Positions 45,100 through 55,170 of a DNA stretch of 64,000 nt are shown piece after piece. The stretch covers positions 15,848 through 79,847 of the forward strand of contig JANWYG010000008.1 in NCBI GenBank assembly GCA_025057015.1, in the 5' to 3' direction. The DNA comes from Blastocatellia bacterium. GTDB taxonomy: Bacteria; Acidobacteriota; Blastocatellia; Chloracidobacteriales; JADJPF01. How positions within the stretch are numbered: the first letter of the stretch is position 1; every line of letters begins with the position of its first letter. The notes below the pieces were generated by a model. The model was not told the DNA's origin. It did not search any database and was given only the letters and a program-made list of their open reading frames with translations. The position numbers and the translations under genes are program-made.

Positions 45100-46089
45100 A
45101 TGAAATTGATCTGCGGTTATATCTATAGTCCAGCTCGATATGAACAGCCCAAGTCTCGCTTTATCATATGTGTCTTGATTTCTGTCTTGCTGCATGTGGG
45201 CTTCCTAGCTTGGAGTTTCTACGAGAGTGTCATCGCACCGTTTACCGAAATACGTATAGTCGATGCAGATTACACAGTAAATTGGGTAGAGATAAAAAAG
45301 CCACTGAAATATCCTCCTTCGGTTTTTCCACTGCGGGCCCTACCTCCGAGTAACATAAAGCTGGAGAAGATTGCTCGTTCACGTGCAAAGCCTGATGAGC
45401 CTGAAAAGAAGAACGAAGAACCTAAGAAGAATGAGGAAGATAAGCCTGAGCACGAGGAGAGTCAGGAAGTGAACCAGGAGGCAGAACAGAAAGAGGTAGC
45501 AAAAGAGCCGCCGCGATTTGGACTGATAAATGCTAGGCCTATCAGAGAGATCGTAGGACGGGTCTATTCCGTGTATAAAAGCGGAGGCTTGGATCTCAAA
45601 GAGGCAATATTTTCGATCAAATTGGGTTTCGAGATAGCAGAAGACGGGTCATTACGTCATGTTGAAATACTTGAATCTTCTGGTTCTGAACAGATAGACG
45701 CTGCTGCTTTGAACATAGCAAGCGCAATAGGAGCTTCTAATGCTTTGATGCCACTTGCAGTACTCAGTTCAAGTACGGCTACCTTGGTGCTTACACACTC
45801 GGACGTGTCGCTGGAAATAGCAGGCACGGTGCCTAGCGAACGACAGGCTTCAGAACTGGCCTCAAACTTTAGTCAGCAACTTGCAGGGCTGCGCTTTCTG
45901 ATGAGTTTACGCAACAAGGATGCCGCCGAAATACTCTCGCATATGTCAGTTTTTAACACGCGTAATCAACTCGTAGCTAAATTAAAAATGTCGCGTGCAG
46001 ATGCTTCGGCTCTGATGCAGAAAAATTTTACTGTAGTTCCTCAGGCACCAACGGTGCTTAACGAGGTAGAGCCTGTTGAAGTACCATAA
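45100..46089 (+). CDS. Membrane-anchored protein with charged KE-rich linker and possible TonB-like C-terminal domain
   Basis: One N-terminal TM helix and a PEKKNEEPKKNEEDKPEHEE linker. The C-terminal block GSLRHVEILESSGSEQIDAAALNIA resembles TonB_C. I prefer the start at ATG 45100. Confidence 0.4.
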   Translation: MKLICGYIYSPARYEQPKSRFIICVLISVLLHVGFLAWSFYESVIAPFTEIRIVDADYTVNWVEIKKPLKYPPSVFPLRALPPSNIKLEKIARSRAKPDEPEKKNEEPKKNEEDKPEHEESQEVNQEAEQKEVAKEPPRFGLINARPIREIVGRVYSVYKSGGLDLKEAIFSIKLGFEIAEDGSLRHVEILESSGSEQIDAAALNIASAIGASNALMPLAVLSSSTATLVLTHSDVSLEIAGTVPSERQASELASNFSQQLAGLRFLMSLRNKDAAEILSHMSVFNTRNQLVAKLKMSRADASALMQKNFTVVPQAPTVLNEVEPVEVP

Positions 46090-46094
46090 AGGCT

Positions 46095-48725
46095 ATGAAG
46101 AGTCTGAAACTAGTATTCTTGCTTTTAGCACTACATATAGCCGTTATAGGACAAAGTGGTAGGCAGCGACCGGCTGGACAAACGCCCAAAGGACAAGCGC
46201 CGAGAAAGCAGGAATCAGTCACCCCGCCGCCAGTCGATGCAAAAACCAATAGCACTGCTGCTACGCCGATAAAAGTAGCAGCAGGTGCGGCTGTAGTAAA
46301 ACAAGAAGTTGTTGGAGCGACCTCGCGATACGTCTTTAAGAACGGTCTAACTCTAATAGTTCGCGAACAGCACTCTACATCGCTTGCAGCCGCAGCCGTA
46401 TATGTTCGAGCAGGCCTAGTAGATGGCCAGCAGGCTAGCATTGTGGCCGCTCTACTTTCTAACTTCCCTAAAGGGGTACTTGCGGAAATAAGCTCGAAAG
46501 GCGGTATTAGTCAGAGCGCTACTTCGTACGGACATACCGTTTATACTCTTGTTGGACCTTCGTCGAACTTTCAGAATTTGCTAGAAATGTACCTGAAAGT
46601 GTTTGCAAATCGAGTCTTTACCCCTGACGAAGTAACAGCTGCAGAGGCTCTGGTTGTAGCAGGATCGCCTTTCGAGCAGGCGAAACTACGGACGGTAAAG
46701 CAAGCCTTTGCCAGAACGCAGTCGGATAACCTCGACCTTAAAGCAATACAAAACTTTTATGAAACCTACTACACTGCAGACCAGATTATCATCGTAGTGA
46801 CTGGAGACGTAGGCCCTGAGCGTGTTAGGCTCGTCGTACAACGTTGTCTTGGGACACTCAAACCAGGTGGCAAAAAGGCAGAGTTGCAGCCTACATCACC
46901 AGAAGTGAGGTACATTGACGAACGTCGTAGTGATGTCACGAAGACTGCAGTTACCGTAGCATATCCCGTGGACTTGCCAAGGCCGGTAGCCGAAGCTCTT
47001 GTTATTTGGCTTACCAAGGGACAGAGCGCTTTTCTGCGGGATTTTTCTCCTTCTCTGGAGTATGTAAGTACCAGCTTAGGTGGGCTGCTGCTTTTTCAGC
47101 TACAGACTTCGCCGCAGGAGCTTGCACGTACTGAAGGCAACTTCTTCGATCGTATAGAGGATGTGCGCCGGACGTTGGTTTCTACTGCTGAGCTGCAGCG
47201 CATTAGATCACTAGGTGAACTTGCTCATACGAAAGCTAGTGCAGACATACTTGAACTTGCATTTAAGTTAGCTGAAGCTGAGGCCGAAACCAGCTATAAG
47301 GATTTTGACGACTATGTCAAGCAACTTCAGGCAGTTACTGCAGAGCAGTTGCAACAGGTGGCGGCGAAATATTTGGCTTTTAGCTCTGCCTTGGTGCATG
47401 AGCTTCAACCGCAATCTGCACCGGCTCGCCTTGCCGGAAGTGATCCGATTTACACTCCAGAACGGTTTCAGGCACTGATAGCTGTTCTTGCAGCACGCAC
47501 GGCACGCTCGGAAATAGAGAAAAATGAACTGGTACTTGCGCCAAACATGGCTGTTGTGGCTCAAGGAACGCCGCGAAACACCTCTACGAAAGAGGGTATA
47601 TTCACCATTTCACTGCTACCGCAACCGGTGAGAGATTTCTCTACGCTCAACGGGCCTCGCGCATACGTGCGCGAAGATCAGTCTAAGCCTCTTCTTTCTG
47701 TCGGTATCTACTTCCTTGGTGGGCGCGCCCTAGAGTCTGAAGCCGATGCAGGGGTGACACAGTTGATGCTACGAATGTTACTACGTGGTAGCAAGCGGTT
47801 TTCAGCAGCTGCCGTGGCAAGCTTTCTTGATCAACTTGGTGCAGAAATCGAGATTGTAAACGAAGCGGATTTTTGCGGCCTAGTTCTGACGGTTCTTTCG
47901 CGCAATGCAGAGGAAGCACTCAAACTCCTGGTTGAATTGATAGAAAATCCGCTTCTGCCTGAGGAAGATCTTGAGTTAGTTAAGGCTGAACTGAAGGCGA
48001 GACTGGACCTTGTCGGCAAAATCGCTTGCGATGCTGTGCCTTATCGCCGATCTCCTTTGAGTCTTACTGCTGGAGCGGTGGCGAAGTTGACCCAGAAAGA
48101 CGTTGTCGAATGTTATAGGAGGGTGGTAAAAAGCCAGTTGCCGGTAGTTATCCTAGTAGGTGACACCGATGGATCAGCTTTGGTGGGTCGGGTTATAGCA
48201 AGGGGTTTTCAGCGAAGAGAAAGTAGCCTGAAGCTTCCTGCTTTGGTTGGTACACCTTCGGAAAGGCAAATTGTGGTAGATGGGCCTAGCAGCAGCGTAA
48301 CACTTTGTTTTGTTGGTTCAGATTGCCGCAAGTCGGAGGTCCTGGACGTCGCTGCTCTGTTGCTTAGAGCTGCCTTTCCTACAGCGGAGATAAATAAAAG
48401 ATTTTTCCAGGCTAGCCTGAGTGTTTCTTTAGATGTACTTACTGGCAAGGAGCAAGATGCGGTTCGCGAGGTAGTTGAGAGGCTAAAGCAGATTGCTAAT
48501 CTATCTGAAGAGGGACTTCGAGCGGCCAGTACAGCCCAAGAGACAGCTCGGGTATATGCTTCTACTGACCATGCTAAGCGTGCTACTATGTATGCAAGAG
48601 CAGTGTTTTGTGGGCTTGCGGCAAGCGAGGTAGATACTACTGAAAGGTATAAGTCAGTTGCAATGGCCGAGCTGATTAAGTATTTAACAAATCCTACAGT
48701 TGTTGTCAGTGTCGGGGAAAAATAG
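46095..48725 (+). CDS. Secreted double M16-like protein lacking the HxxEH zinc motif in both halves (probable non-catalytic)
   Basis: M16-like entry block FKNGLTLIVREQHSTSLAAAAVYVRAG. The position expected for HxxEH reads QQASIVAALLSNFPKG, and the second half reads GVTQLMLRMLLRGS. Confidence 0.65.
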   Translation: MKSLKLVFLLLALHIAVIGQSGRQRPAGQTPKGQAPRKQESVTPPPVDAKTNSTAATPIKVAAGAAVVKQEVVGATSRYVFKNGLTLIVREQHSTSLAAAAVYVRAGLVDGQQASIVAALLSNFPKGVLAEISSKGGISQSATSYGHTVYTLVGPSSNFQNLLEMYLKVFANRVFTPDEVTAAEALVVAGSPFEQAKLRTVKQAFARTQSDNLDLKAIQNFYETYYTADQIIIVVTGDVGPERVRLVVQRCLGTLKPGGKKAELQPTSPEVRYIDERRSDVTKTAVTVAYPVDLPRPVAEALVIWLTKGQSAFLRDFSPSLEYVSTSLGGLLLFQLQTSPQELARTEGNFFDRIEDVRRTLVSTAELQRIRSLGELAHTKASADILELAFKLAEAEAETSYKDFDDYVKQLQAVTAEQLQQVAAKYLAFSSALVHELQPQSAPARLAGSDPIYTPERFQALIAVLAARTARSEIEKNELVLAPNMAVVAQGTPRNTSTKEGIFTISLLPQPVRDFSTLNGPRAYVREDQSKPLLSVGIYFLGGRALESEADAGVTQLMLRMLLRGSKRFSAAAVASFLDQLGAEIEIVNEADFCGLVLTVLSRNAEEALKLLVELIENPLLPEEDLELVKAELKARLDLVGKIACDAVPYRRSPLSLTAGAVAKLTQKDVVECYRRVVKSQLPVVILVGDTDGSALVGRVIARGFQRRESSLKLPALVGTPSERQIVVDGPSSSVTLCFVGSDCRKSEVLDVAALLLRAAFPTAEINKRFFQASLSVSLDVLTGKEQDAVREVVERLKQIANLSEEGLRAASTAQETARVYASTDHAKRATMYARAVFCGLAASEVDTTERYKSVAMAELIKYLTNPTVVVSVGEK

Positions 48726-48800
48726 CGCTGGTTGCTCTAGGATCTACTTGTTTGTTAAAGTTTGAATGGTGATTCATTTTAATTTTAGGAAAAGCAGTAG

Positions 48801-50657
48801 ATGTGTGGGATAGTAGGCTACGTAGGAAACAAGCACGTAGTAGACGTAATAGTTGAAGGTTTAAGGCGTCTTGAGTACCGAGGATATGATTCAGCCGGGT
48901 TGGCGGTAGCCAGGAATGGGAAGATAGAGATAAGACGCGCTTCTGGCAAGCTGCGTAATCTCGAAGAGGCGATCCGACTCGATCCGTTAGACGGTTCATA
49001 TGGTGTCGGCCACACTCGCTGGGCTACACATGGTAGGCCGACTGAAGAAAACGCCCATCCGCATCGTGACTCAAGTGGCAAAATCGTTGTCGTGCATAAT
49101 GGAATAATAGAGAACTACTTACAACTTAAGCGTGAGCTTCAGCGGGAGGATTGTCAATTTGTTACCGAGACTGATACAGAGGCCATAGCTCAGCTTATAG
49201 GCAAGTTTGCTCGCAGTGAGCCAAGTCTGGAGGCAGCAGTAAGGAAGGCTGTCAAGCAGCTTAAAGGGATATTTGCCATAGCTGTAATTTCAGCAGACGA
49301 GCCGGATAAGATAGTTGCTGTAAGGCAAGGGCCACCTGTAGTGATAGGACTAGGTAACGATGAGTATTTTGTGGCTTCAGATATACCGGCTGTGCTTTAT
49401 CACACGCGTGACTTTATCTTCCTCGGTGACGGTGAGGTAGCGGTTCTCACGCGCGAAGGCGTAACGGTCACCGATTTTGATGCCAATCCCATAGCTCCTA
49501 TGCGGCAGCGTATCACCTGGGATCCAATTATGGCTGAAAAAGGTGGCTTTAAGCATTTCATGCTTAAAGAAATATATGAGCAGCCTAGGGCGGTACGTGA
49601 GACTATGCAGAACAGATTTTCACTCGAAACTGGCTGTATCTACTTAGACGATATGGATATCTCCGAGGAAGAGTTGCGGGCATTTACCTCGCTCAAGATA
49701 GCTGCTTGTGGGACAAGTTGGCATGCGGCTCTTGTTGGCAAGTATATGCTTGAGGAGCTAGTACGCATACCTGTGGAAGTCGACTATGCTAGCGAGTTTA
49801 GATATCGCAATCCTATTCTTGATGAGAAGACGCTGGTGATGGTGATCACTCAGTCTGGTGAGACAGCGGACACTTTAGCTGCATTGCGGCAGGCTAAAGA
49901 GGCCGGTTGCAAGGTGCTTGCTATATGCAACGTAAACGGTTCTATGGTAACGCGTGAGGCACACGGCACTATACTCACGCATGCTGGACCGGAAATAGGC
50001 GTAGCTTCTACGAAAGCGTTTACGGCACAAATGACGGCACTTTACCTGTTTGCGCTCTACTTAGCTCAGGTCCGCAATCTTTTGAGTGCTGAGAAGCGCT
50101 ACAAGTATATCTGCGATATGATAGAGCTGCCAGTGAAGATAGAGTCTCTACTTAGCCATGACGACGCAATAGAAGACCTGGCCAAGGAATTCTTTCGCTC
50201 GACCGATTTTCTTTATCTTGGTCGCGGGATAAACTTCCCTATAGCGCTTGAAGGGGCACTGAAGCTGAAGGAAATAAGCTATATACACGCCGAGGGTTAT
50301 CCTGCCGGTGAGATGAAGCATGGGCCTAATGCGCTCATAGATGGACAGTTGCCTGTTGTCTTCGTAGCTCCTTATGAACCTGGTAATCCTGCTTCGCAGC
50401 TACGGCATGAAAAGACGCTCTCGAACATAACTGAGGTCAAAGCACGTGATGGTAAAGTGATATCTGTGATTACTGAAGGTGATACTGAGACTTCCGAATT
50501 GAGCGACTATGTTATAGAAATTCCGCCTACTACTGACCTTCTCTCGCCTATATTGTCCGTAGTGCCGTTGCAACTGCTGGCATATCACATAGCAGTAAGG
50601 CGTGGCTGCGACGTCGATCAACCAAGAAATCTGGCAAAGTCTGTAACCGTAGAGTGA
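48801..50657 (+). CDS. glmS: Glutamine--fructose-6-phosphate aminotransferase
   Basis: [10 protein letters not shown]-terminal nucleophile, two SIS domains and a C-terminal ...LAKSVTVE. Confidence 0.95.
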   Translation: MCGIVGYVGNKHVVDVIVEGLRRLEYRGYDSAGLAVARNGKIEIRRASGKLRNLEEAIRLDPLDGSYGVGHTRWATHGRPTEENAHPHRDSSGKIVVVHNGIIENYLQLKRELQREDCQFVTETDTEAIAQLIGKFARSEPSLEAAVRKAVKQLKGIFAIAVISADEPDKIVAVRQGPPVVIGLGNDEYFVASDIPAVLYHTRDFIFLGDGEVAVLTREGVTVTDFDANPIAPMRQRITWDPIMAEKGGFKHFMLKEIYEQPRAVRETMQNRFSLETGCIYLDDMDISEEELRAFTSLKIAACGTSWHAALVGKYMLEELVRIPVEVDYASEFRYRNPILDEKTLVMVITQSGETADTLAALRQAKEAGCKVLAICNVNGSMVTREAHGTILTHAGPEIGVASTKAFTAQMTALYLFALYLAQVRNLLSAEKRYKYICDMIELPVKIESLLSHDDAIEDLAKEFFRSTDFLYLGRGINFPIALEGALKLKEISYIHAEGYPAGEMKHGPNALIDGQLPVVFVAPYEPGNPASQLRHEKTLSNITEVKARDGKVISVITEGDTETSELSDYVIEIPPTTDLLSPILSVVPLQLLAYHIAVRRGCDVDQPRNLAKSVTVE

Positions 50658-50709
50658 CTTGCCTAAGTCGACCGGTAGCTCACTGGTGCTCCAAATGCTG
50701 AAGCGTAGC

Positions 50710-52062
50710 TTACTTACCGATGCAGAAGGTGGAGAAGATGAGGCCTAACAGGTCCTCTACGGTGGTTTCTCCAGTAAGTTCTGCCAAAGCAGAAAGGGTA
50801 TTATGTAGGTGGAATAAGGCGATTTCTTCTGAGAAACCTTCTTTGAGACGTGACTTAGCAAGGTTTAGTTCCGATAGAGCTGTCTCTATAAGGTTGTGAT
50901 GACGTGCATCGACAAGCAGCAGGTCAGGACGTTCTTCGGCAGCAGAAAAGTAGTTGAATATGGCTTGGCGTAGTTCGTCTATGCCTTCTCCGGTCTTGGC
51001 TGATACTTTGAAACCTTTGTAGTCTTTCAGCAGATTTTCGTTCACACCTAAGTCGCATTTGTTAAAGACTACAAAATGTTTGCTACAGCGGCAACTTTCT
51101 AATATCCTGAAATCTTCGTCGCAGAGCGGTTTGGAACTGTCCAGGACGATGAGCGTCAGATCGGCATCTGCTATAGCAGCGTAGCTGCGCTCTATGCCCA
51201 GCTTCTCGACGACGTCTTCGGTCTGTCTTATCCCGGCCGTATCTACTAGGTGTACAGGTAGACCATTGATAGAGGTTACTTCTGTGAGCGTGTCTCTAGT
51301 GGTGCCAGGTATGTCGGTCACTATCGCTCGGTCACGCTGTAGCAATGCGTTAAACAAACTCGATTTACCTACGTTTGGTCGTCCTACTATAGCTAGCTTG
51401 ATACCTTCACGGACTAGTCTGCCGAAACGATAGCTATCTACTAGCCGTCTAAGTTGAGTGGCTACTTTTGCAAGCTGCTGTTCAAGTTGTTCTATCGAGT
51501 GTGTGTCCAGTGCTTCGTCTACAAACTCGACGCGAGACTCAAGGTGAATCACAGCTTCAAGGATAGTTGCTTTTATTGGCTGGAGATAGCGTGAGAGTTC
51601 GCCTTGAAGTTGTCTTGCGGCGAGCTTTGCTTGATATTCAGACTGTGCATTGATTAAATCACGTATTGCTTCAGCTTGTACAAGGTCAATCTTGTGGTTG
51701 AGGAAGGCTCGCAATGTGAATTCTCCAGGCAGAGCGGGTCTTGCTCCTTGAGCGTAACATAGCCGTAGAATGCGAGCTAGTACGAAAGGGCTACCGTGAC
51801 AATTAAACTCTGCACAGTCTTGCCCAGTAAATGATGCCGGTGCTCTGTAGAGTATCAAGACACATCGGTCTATTTTTTCGTTTGTTTCTGGGTCTATAAT
51901 GTCACAAGTTTGGGCATAGCGTACTTTTTGAAGCTTGCAATTTGGAGCAAGTGTTGTGGCTATTTTGTGTGAAAGTCTACCGCTCAGACGCAAAACACCT
52001 ATAGCTCCACGGCCAGGCGGAGTCGACACGGCTGCTATAGTGTCTTCTATCTCAGCATACAT
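50710..52062 (-). CDS. mnmE: tRNA modification GTPase MnmE (TrmE)
   Basis: G1 motif [18 protein letters not shown] and a C-terminal CIGK. Confidence 0.95.
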   Translation of the reverse strand: MYAEIEDTIAAVSTPPGRGAIGVLRLSGRLSHKIATTLAPNCKLQKVRYAQTCDIIDPETNEKIDRCVLILYRAPASFTGQDCAEFNCHGSPFVLARILRLCYAQGARPALPGEFTLRAFLNHKIDLVQAEAIRDLINAQSEYQAKLAARQLQGELSRYLQPIKATILEAVIHLESRVEFVDEALDTHSIEQLEQQLAKVATQLRRLVDSYRFGRLVREGIKLAIVGRPNVGKSSLFNALLQRDRAIVTDIPGTTRDTLTEVTSINGLPVHLVDTAGIRQTEDVVEKLGIERSYAAIADADLTLIVLDSSKPLCDEDFRILESCRCSKHFVVFNKCDLGVNENLLKDYKGFKVSAKTGEGIDELRQAIFNYFSAAEERPDLLLVDARHHNLIETALSELNLAKSRLKEGFSEEIALFHLHNTLSALAELTGETTVEDLLGLIFSTFCIGK

Positions 52063-52068
52063 TTTCGT

Positions 52069-52521
52069 TTAAGTTGGATAAACTACTACCTTGCGACTGC
52101 TACCTTCTCCAACACTTTCTGTCCTTACGCCGGGCTCTTTTAACAGTTCGAGGTGTATTATTCGGCGTTCGGCAGGCGGCATAGGCTCGAAAGTAAAACT
52201 TTTGCCTAGATATCTCACGCGTTGAGCTACATATCTAGCCATCATTTTCAACTCGTCGGCACGCTTGTTCCTAAAGCCCATGCAATCGAAGCTTATATAC
52301 TTTCCTTCGGGAACGATGGGAGCATAGAGTTTGTTCGTCAAGTATTCGAGAGCGTTAAGTAGCTCGCCGTTTTTGCCTAGTAGAAGGGAGCTATCTTCTC
52401 CGCTGAGCTCGACAAATATTCCACTCGGTTTTAGCAGAATGTCAAAACGTAGTCTTAAGCCAGAGAGTTGTATTATAGTATCGAGGAATTCAGCGATCTT
52501 TTCTACGGCACTATCTCGCAT
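52069..52521 (-). CDS. Jag/KhpB-like RNA-binding protein (KH plus R3H), short form
   Basis: Sits at the conserved position after yidC. Has an R3H-like block (PMPPAERRIIHLEL) and is 150 aa long. Confidence 0.7.
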   Translation of the reverse strand: MRDSAVEKIAEFLDTIIQLSGLRLRFDILLKPSGIFVELSGEDSSLLLGKNGELLNALEYLTNKLYAPIVPEGKYISFDCMGFRNKRADELKMMARYVAQRVRYLGKSFTFEPMPPAERRIIHLELLKEPGVRTESVGEGSSRKVVVYPT

Positions 52522-54307
52522 TTGCTAGATCTCTAGCTTGCTCTTTTCTCTTAGCCTTGTCAACCGGGGCTAACTTCTCTGCTTCAGGCTCTTCGGTCAT
52601 CTTGTTGATAACAAGCTGCTGAGCTACTGAGACGATACTGCTAAACATCCAGTACAGCACCAGCCCACTTGGAGCATTTGCGAAGAAAAAGATTAGGAAG
52701 ATGATGGGCATCACAAATGAAGTGAAGTATTTTTGCACTCGTTGGGCTGGATCATCTGGTGTAGGTGAAAGAAAAGTCGAAGCCATCATCGCTATCGTCA
52801 TCAGTATCGGCAGTATCCAGGTTCTGTCAGGTGCAGCTAGATCTTTTATCCAGAAAATGAACGGAGAATGACGTATATCTATAGAGATCGAGAGGAAAAC
52901 GAAAAAGGCCCAGAAGATAGGCATCTGTAGCAACAAAGGTAGGCAACCAGTGAGTGGGTTACCTTCCCGCATCAGTTTCATCTGCTCCATTTGTATCTCT
53001 TGCATGCGGGGATCGTTGGGCTTGAGCTTCTTCATCTCGTCCTGCAACTGCTTCATTCGCGGCTGGATCTTTATCGTCTTCTTCATAGCTACCGAACTTT
53101 TCCATCTGAGCGGAAATAGTAGCATGTTGATTACAAAGGTAAGTATTACTATTGCCCAGCCATAATTGCCGGTTAGTTTGTAGAAAAGTTTCAGTAGAAT
53201 GTCTAGAAGAGGTATGAATGGCCTTACCATGAATGAGAAAATGCCGTAATCAATTAGTGCTTCCATGTCCACTCTGCCTTTGAATTGGGCAGATAACTCT
53301 AGTAGTAAGTTATGATCTTTAGGCCCTACGAATACAGTGTACTGCTCGCCATTTAGTACGGGGATCTCTATCGAGAGCTGATGCTTGTATACTTGCTCCC
53401 CTTCAGCAGTTTCTGTGTAGAAGTCGTTGCGAATGCTGGCGCGGGGTAGCTCTTTTGGTGCTATTAAAGTCATCACGAAGTAGTGGTCACAGGCAGCTAT
53501 CCAATCTACTCCGCCGGAGAACTCTTTTAGAGTGTCCGGTGCCGCTCCGCTATGTTCTAGTGAAGCCGCAGTGACGTATTCGACTTGACCGTTACTGTGC
53601 TCGATGACAGCTTGCTGTGGCGTGTTGATGTAGGTATCTATCTTTTTTACCGACTGATCACCGAAGTTCGGGCCTATCAATAGGTTTACGTCTAGTGGCT
53701 GACCGTTATGTGAAGCTTCGACAATTGCGTCAAATGTGTATTTGCCTCCGTAGAACTTGAATGTCTTCTTTACTTGTGTGCCAGATGCATCGCGCAGCTT
53801 AAACGAGAGCTGAGTTGTAGCTTCTTTTGAAACAGAGATCTCTGAAGCAGGTGCATCTATTTCAAACAGCGACTCGTTCAGCTTCTTGCTTAGCTCGGCG
53901 TTGTTGGCTACGGCAAGCCGTAGCGGTGCTCCCACTCGTTTTAGGCCCTCCTCAGAGATAACTTCTAGTTGTCCATATTCAGAGTTGAGTAAGGGTCTGC
54001 CGTTAGGTAAGGCCTTAAGAACAAACGACCGCAGTACAGCCCCTCGGTTATCAAAAACTGCCCGCCAAAGTGGAGTATCTACGGTTACTAGCTGTGGATG
54101 CACTTCTGCAGTGCTGTCGGCTACTGGCTCTGAGGCCTTTTGATCGTTTGTATGCTGTGGAGCTGTATGTTGCTCTGGCAGCTTTGTAACTTGCTGTAGG
54201 CTGTTTGGCGAACGCTGTGGGCGAGGATAGAATCTTTCTAGAACTATCTGCCACACTGCTAAGATGACGAAAGAAATTACTATAAAGATTATGAAGCGTT
54301 TCTCCAC
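52511..54307 (-). CDS. yidC: Membrane protein insertase YidC
   Basis: Large periplasmic domain plus the C-terminal 5-TM core (GWAIVILTFVINMLLFPL, KLMREGNPLTGCLPLLLQMPIF). GTG start. Conserved synteny. Confidence 0.9.
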   Translation of the reverse strand: MEKRFIIFIVISFVILAVWQIVLERFYPRPQRSPNSLQQVTKLPEQHTAPQHTNDQKASEPVADSTAEVHPQLVTVDTPLWRAVFDNRGAVLRSFVLKALPNGRPLLNSEYGQLEVISEEGLKRVGAPLRLAVANNAELSKKLNESLFEIDAPASEISVSKEATTQLSFKLRDASGTQVKKTFKFYGGKYTFDAIVEASHNGQPLDVNLLIGPNFGDQSVKKIDTYINTPQQAVIEHSNGQVEYVTAASLEHSGAAPDTLKEFSGGVDWIAACDHYFVMTLIAPKELPRASIRNDFYTETAEGEQVYKHQLSIEIPVLNGEQYTVFVGPKDHNLLLELSAQFKGRVDMEALIDYGIFSFMVRPFIPLLDILLKLFYKLTGNYGWAIVILTFVINMLLFPLRWKSSVAMKKTIKIQPRMKQLQDEMKKLKPNDPRMQEIQMEQMKLMREGNPLTGCLPLLLQMPIFWAFFVFLSISIDIRHSPFIFWIKDLAAPDRTWILPILMTIAMMASTFLSPTPDDPAQRVQKYFTSFVMPIIFLIFFFANAPSGLVLYWMFSSIVSVAQQLVINKMTEEPEAEKLAPVDKAKRKEQARDLANAR

Positions 54308-54316
54308 AGATGACCC

Positions 54317-54529
54317 TCAATCTACCGGGTCATAGCCACCCGGATGAAATGGATTACAGCGTAGTATCCTACGCATGCCTTTGTAGCTACCTATTAAGAC
54401 ACCGTAACGCTCGATTGCTTCGAATGTATATTGTGAGCAAGTAGGATAAAAACGGCAGGAAGGTGGAAGTAAGGGCGAAATAGCTGTCTGGTAGGTCTGA
54501 ATCAGAAGTAAAGCTAGGTACCGACCCAT
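54317..54529 (-). CDS. yidD: Membrane protein insertion efficiency factor YidD
   Basis: [31 protein letters not shown]...[15 protein letters not shown] prefer the start at ATG 54529 ([10 protein letters not shown]). Confidence 0.85.
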   Translation of the reverse strand: MGRYLALLLIQTYQTAISPLLPPSCRFYPTCSQYTFEAIERYGVLIGSYKGMRRILRCNPFHPGGYDPVD

Positions 54530-54864
54530 ATTGAGGAGAGAAGACGTAAAAACTCCGCCTCGATTTGACGAAACGACGCATCCACCATTGCTTTCTTTAC
54601 TTTGAAAACAAGGTCTGTTCCTGGTTTCAGTAAGTGCTTGTTGTGCCTGAAAAGCTCTCTCAGAATCCTCTTGCATCTATTTCTCTTAACTGCATTTCCG
54701 ACTTTTCTGGTTGCTGTTATACCAAGCCTGACTGACTCACTAGCAGGACGTTCGTATACAAACAAAGTGAAAAACTGGCAGCCATACGGCTGCCCCTCTG
54801 TATATGCTTTTTTGAACTCTCGAAAGTCTCGTAGACGCTCGGTTTTGCAAAGACCATAGCGCAT
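54514..54864 (-). CDS. rnpA: RNase P protein component
   Basis: [15 protein letters not shown]..., [23 protein letters not shown]. It lies between rpmH and yidD and overlaps yidD by 16 nt. Confidence 0.85.
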   Translation of the reverse strand: MRYGLCKTERLRDFREFKKAYTEGQPYGCQFFTLFVYERPASESVRLGITATRKVGNAVKRNRCKRILRELFRHNKHLLKPGTDLVFKVKKAMVDASFRQIEAEFLRLLSSIWVGT

Positions 54865-54878
54865 CTCATTCTTAAAAA

Positions 54879-55022
54879 TTAGTAGTGAGCTGGAGTCAAT
54901 CTCTTACGTCCCTTAGCCCTTCGACGCTTGAGAACCTTTCTGCCACCTTTAGTACTCATCCGCTTGCGAAAACCATGCTTTTTCGCCCTACGCCTGTTGT
55001 TTGGCTGATACGTCCTCTTCAT
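54879..55022 (-). CDS. rpmH: 50S ribosomal protein L34
   Basis: Missing from the ORF track because it is only 47 aa. My translation gives [47 protein letters not shown]. Confidence 0.9.
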   Translation of the reverse strand: MKRTYQPNNRRRAKKHGFRKRMSTKGGRKVLKRRRAKGRKRLTPAHY

Positions 55023-55138
55023 TTACGTTCTCCTAATGAGGGATAACTTATCAATTCGTCGAAAATACATACATTACCACGCATTACAAGCTGGGTCAAG
55101 CAAGGGTAGAGCTTTCTGGAAGGCTAGTAAGGATGTAG

Positions 55139-55165
55139 CTGGCCTCGTCAGCTAGACGAGGCCAG
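55139..55165 (-). terminator. Stem-loop just after the IPT/TIG gene stop (possible terminator, no clear U-tract)
   Basis: ctggcctcgtc-agcta-gacgaggccag is a perfect 11-bp stem lying 6 nt from the stop at 55171. Confidence 0.4.
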
Positions 55166-55170
55166 CCTAG

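Noticed and set aside
48726-48800. Possible glmS ribozyme upstream of glmS
   Set aside because: The intergenic region is only 75 nt, too short for the ~170-nt ribozyme, and I see no matching conserved core.
55023-55170. Possible oriC / DnaA-box cluster next to rpmH
   Set aside because: No TTATCCACA-like boxes are seen in the 148-bp spacer, dnaA is not adjacent, and the upstream gene is an unrelated secreted protein.
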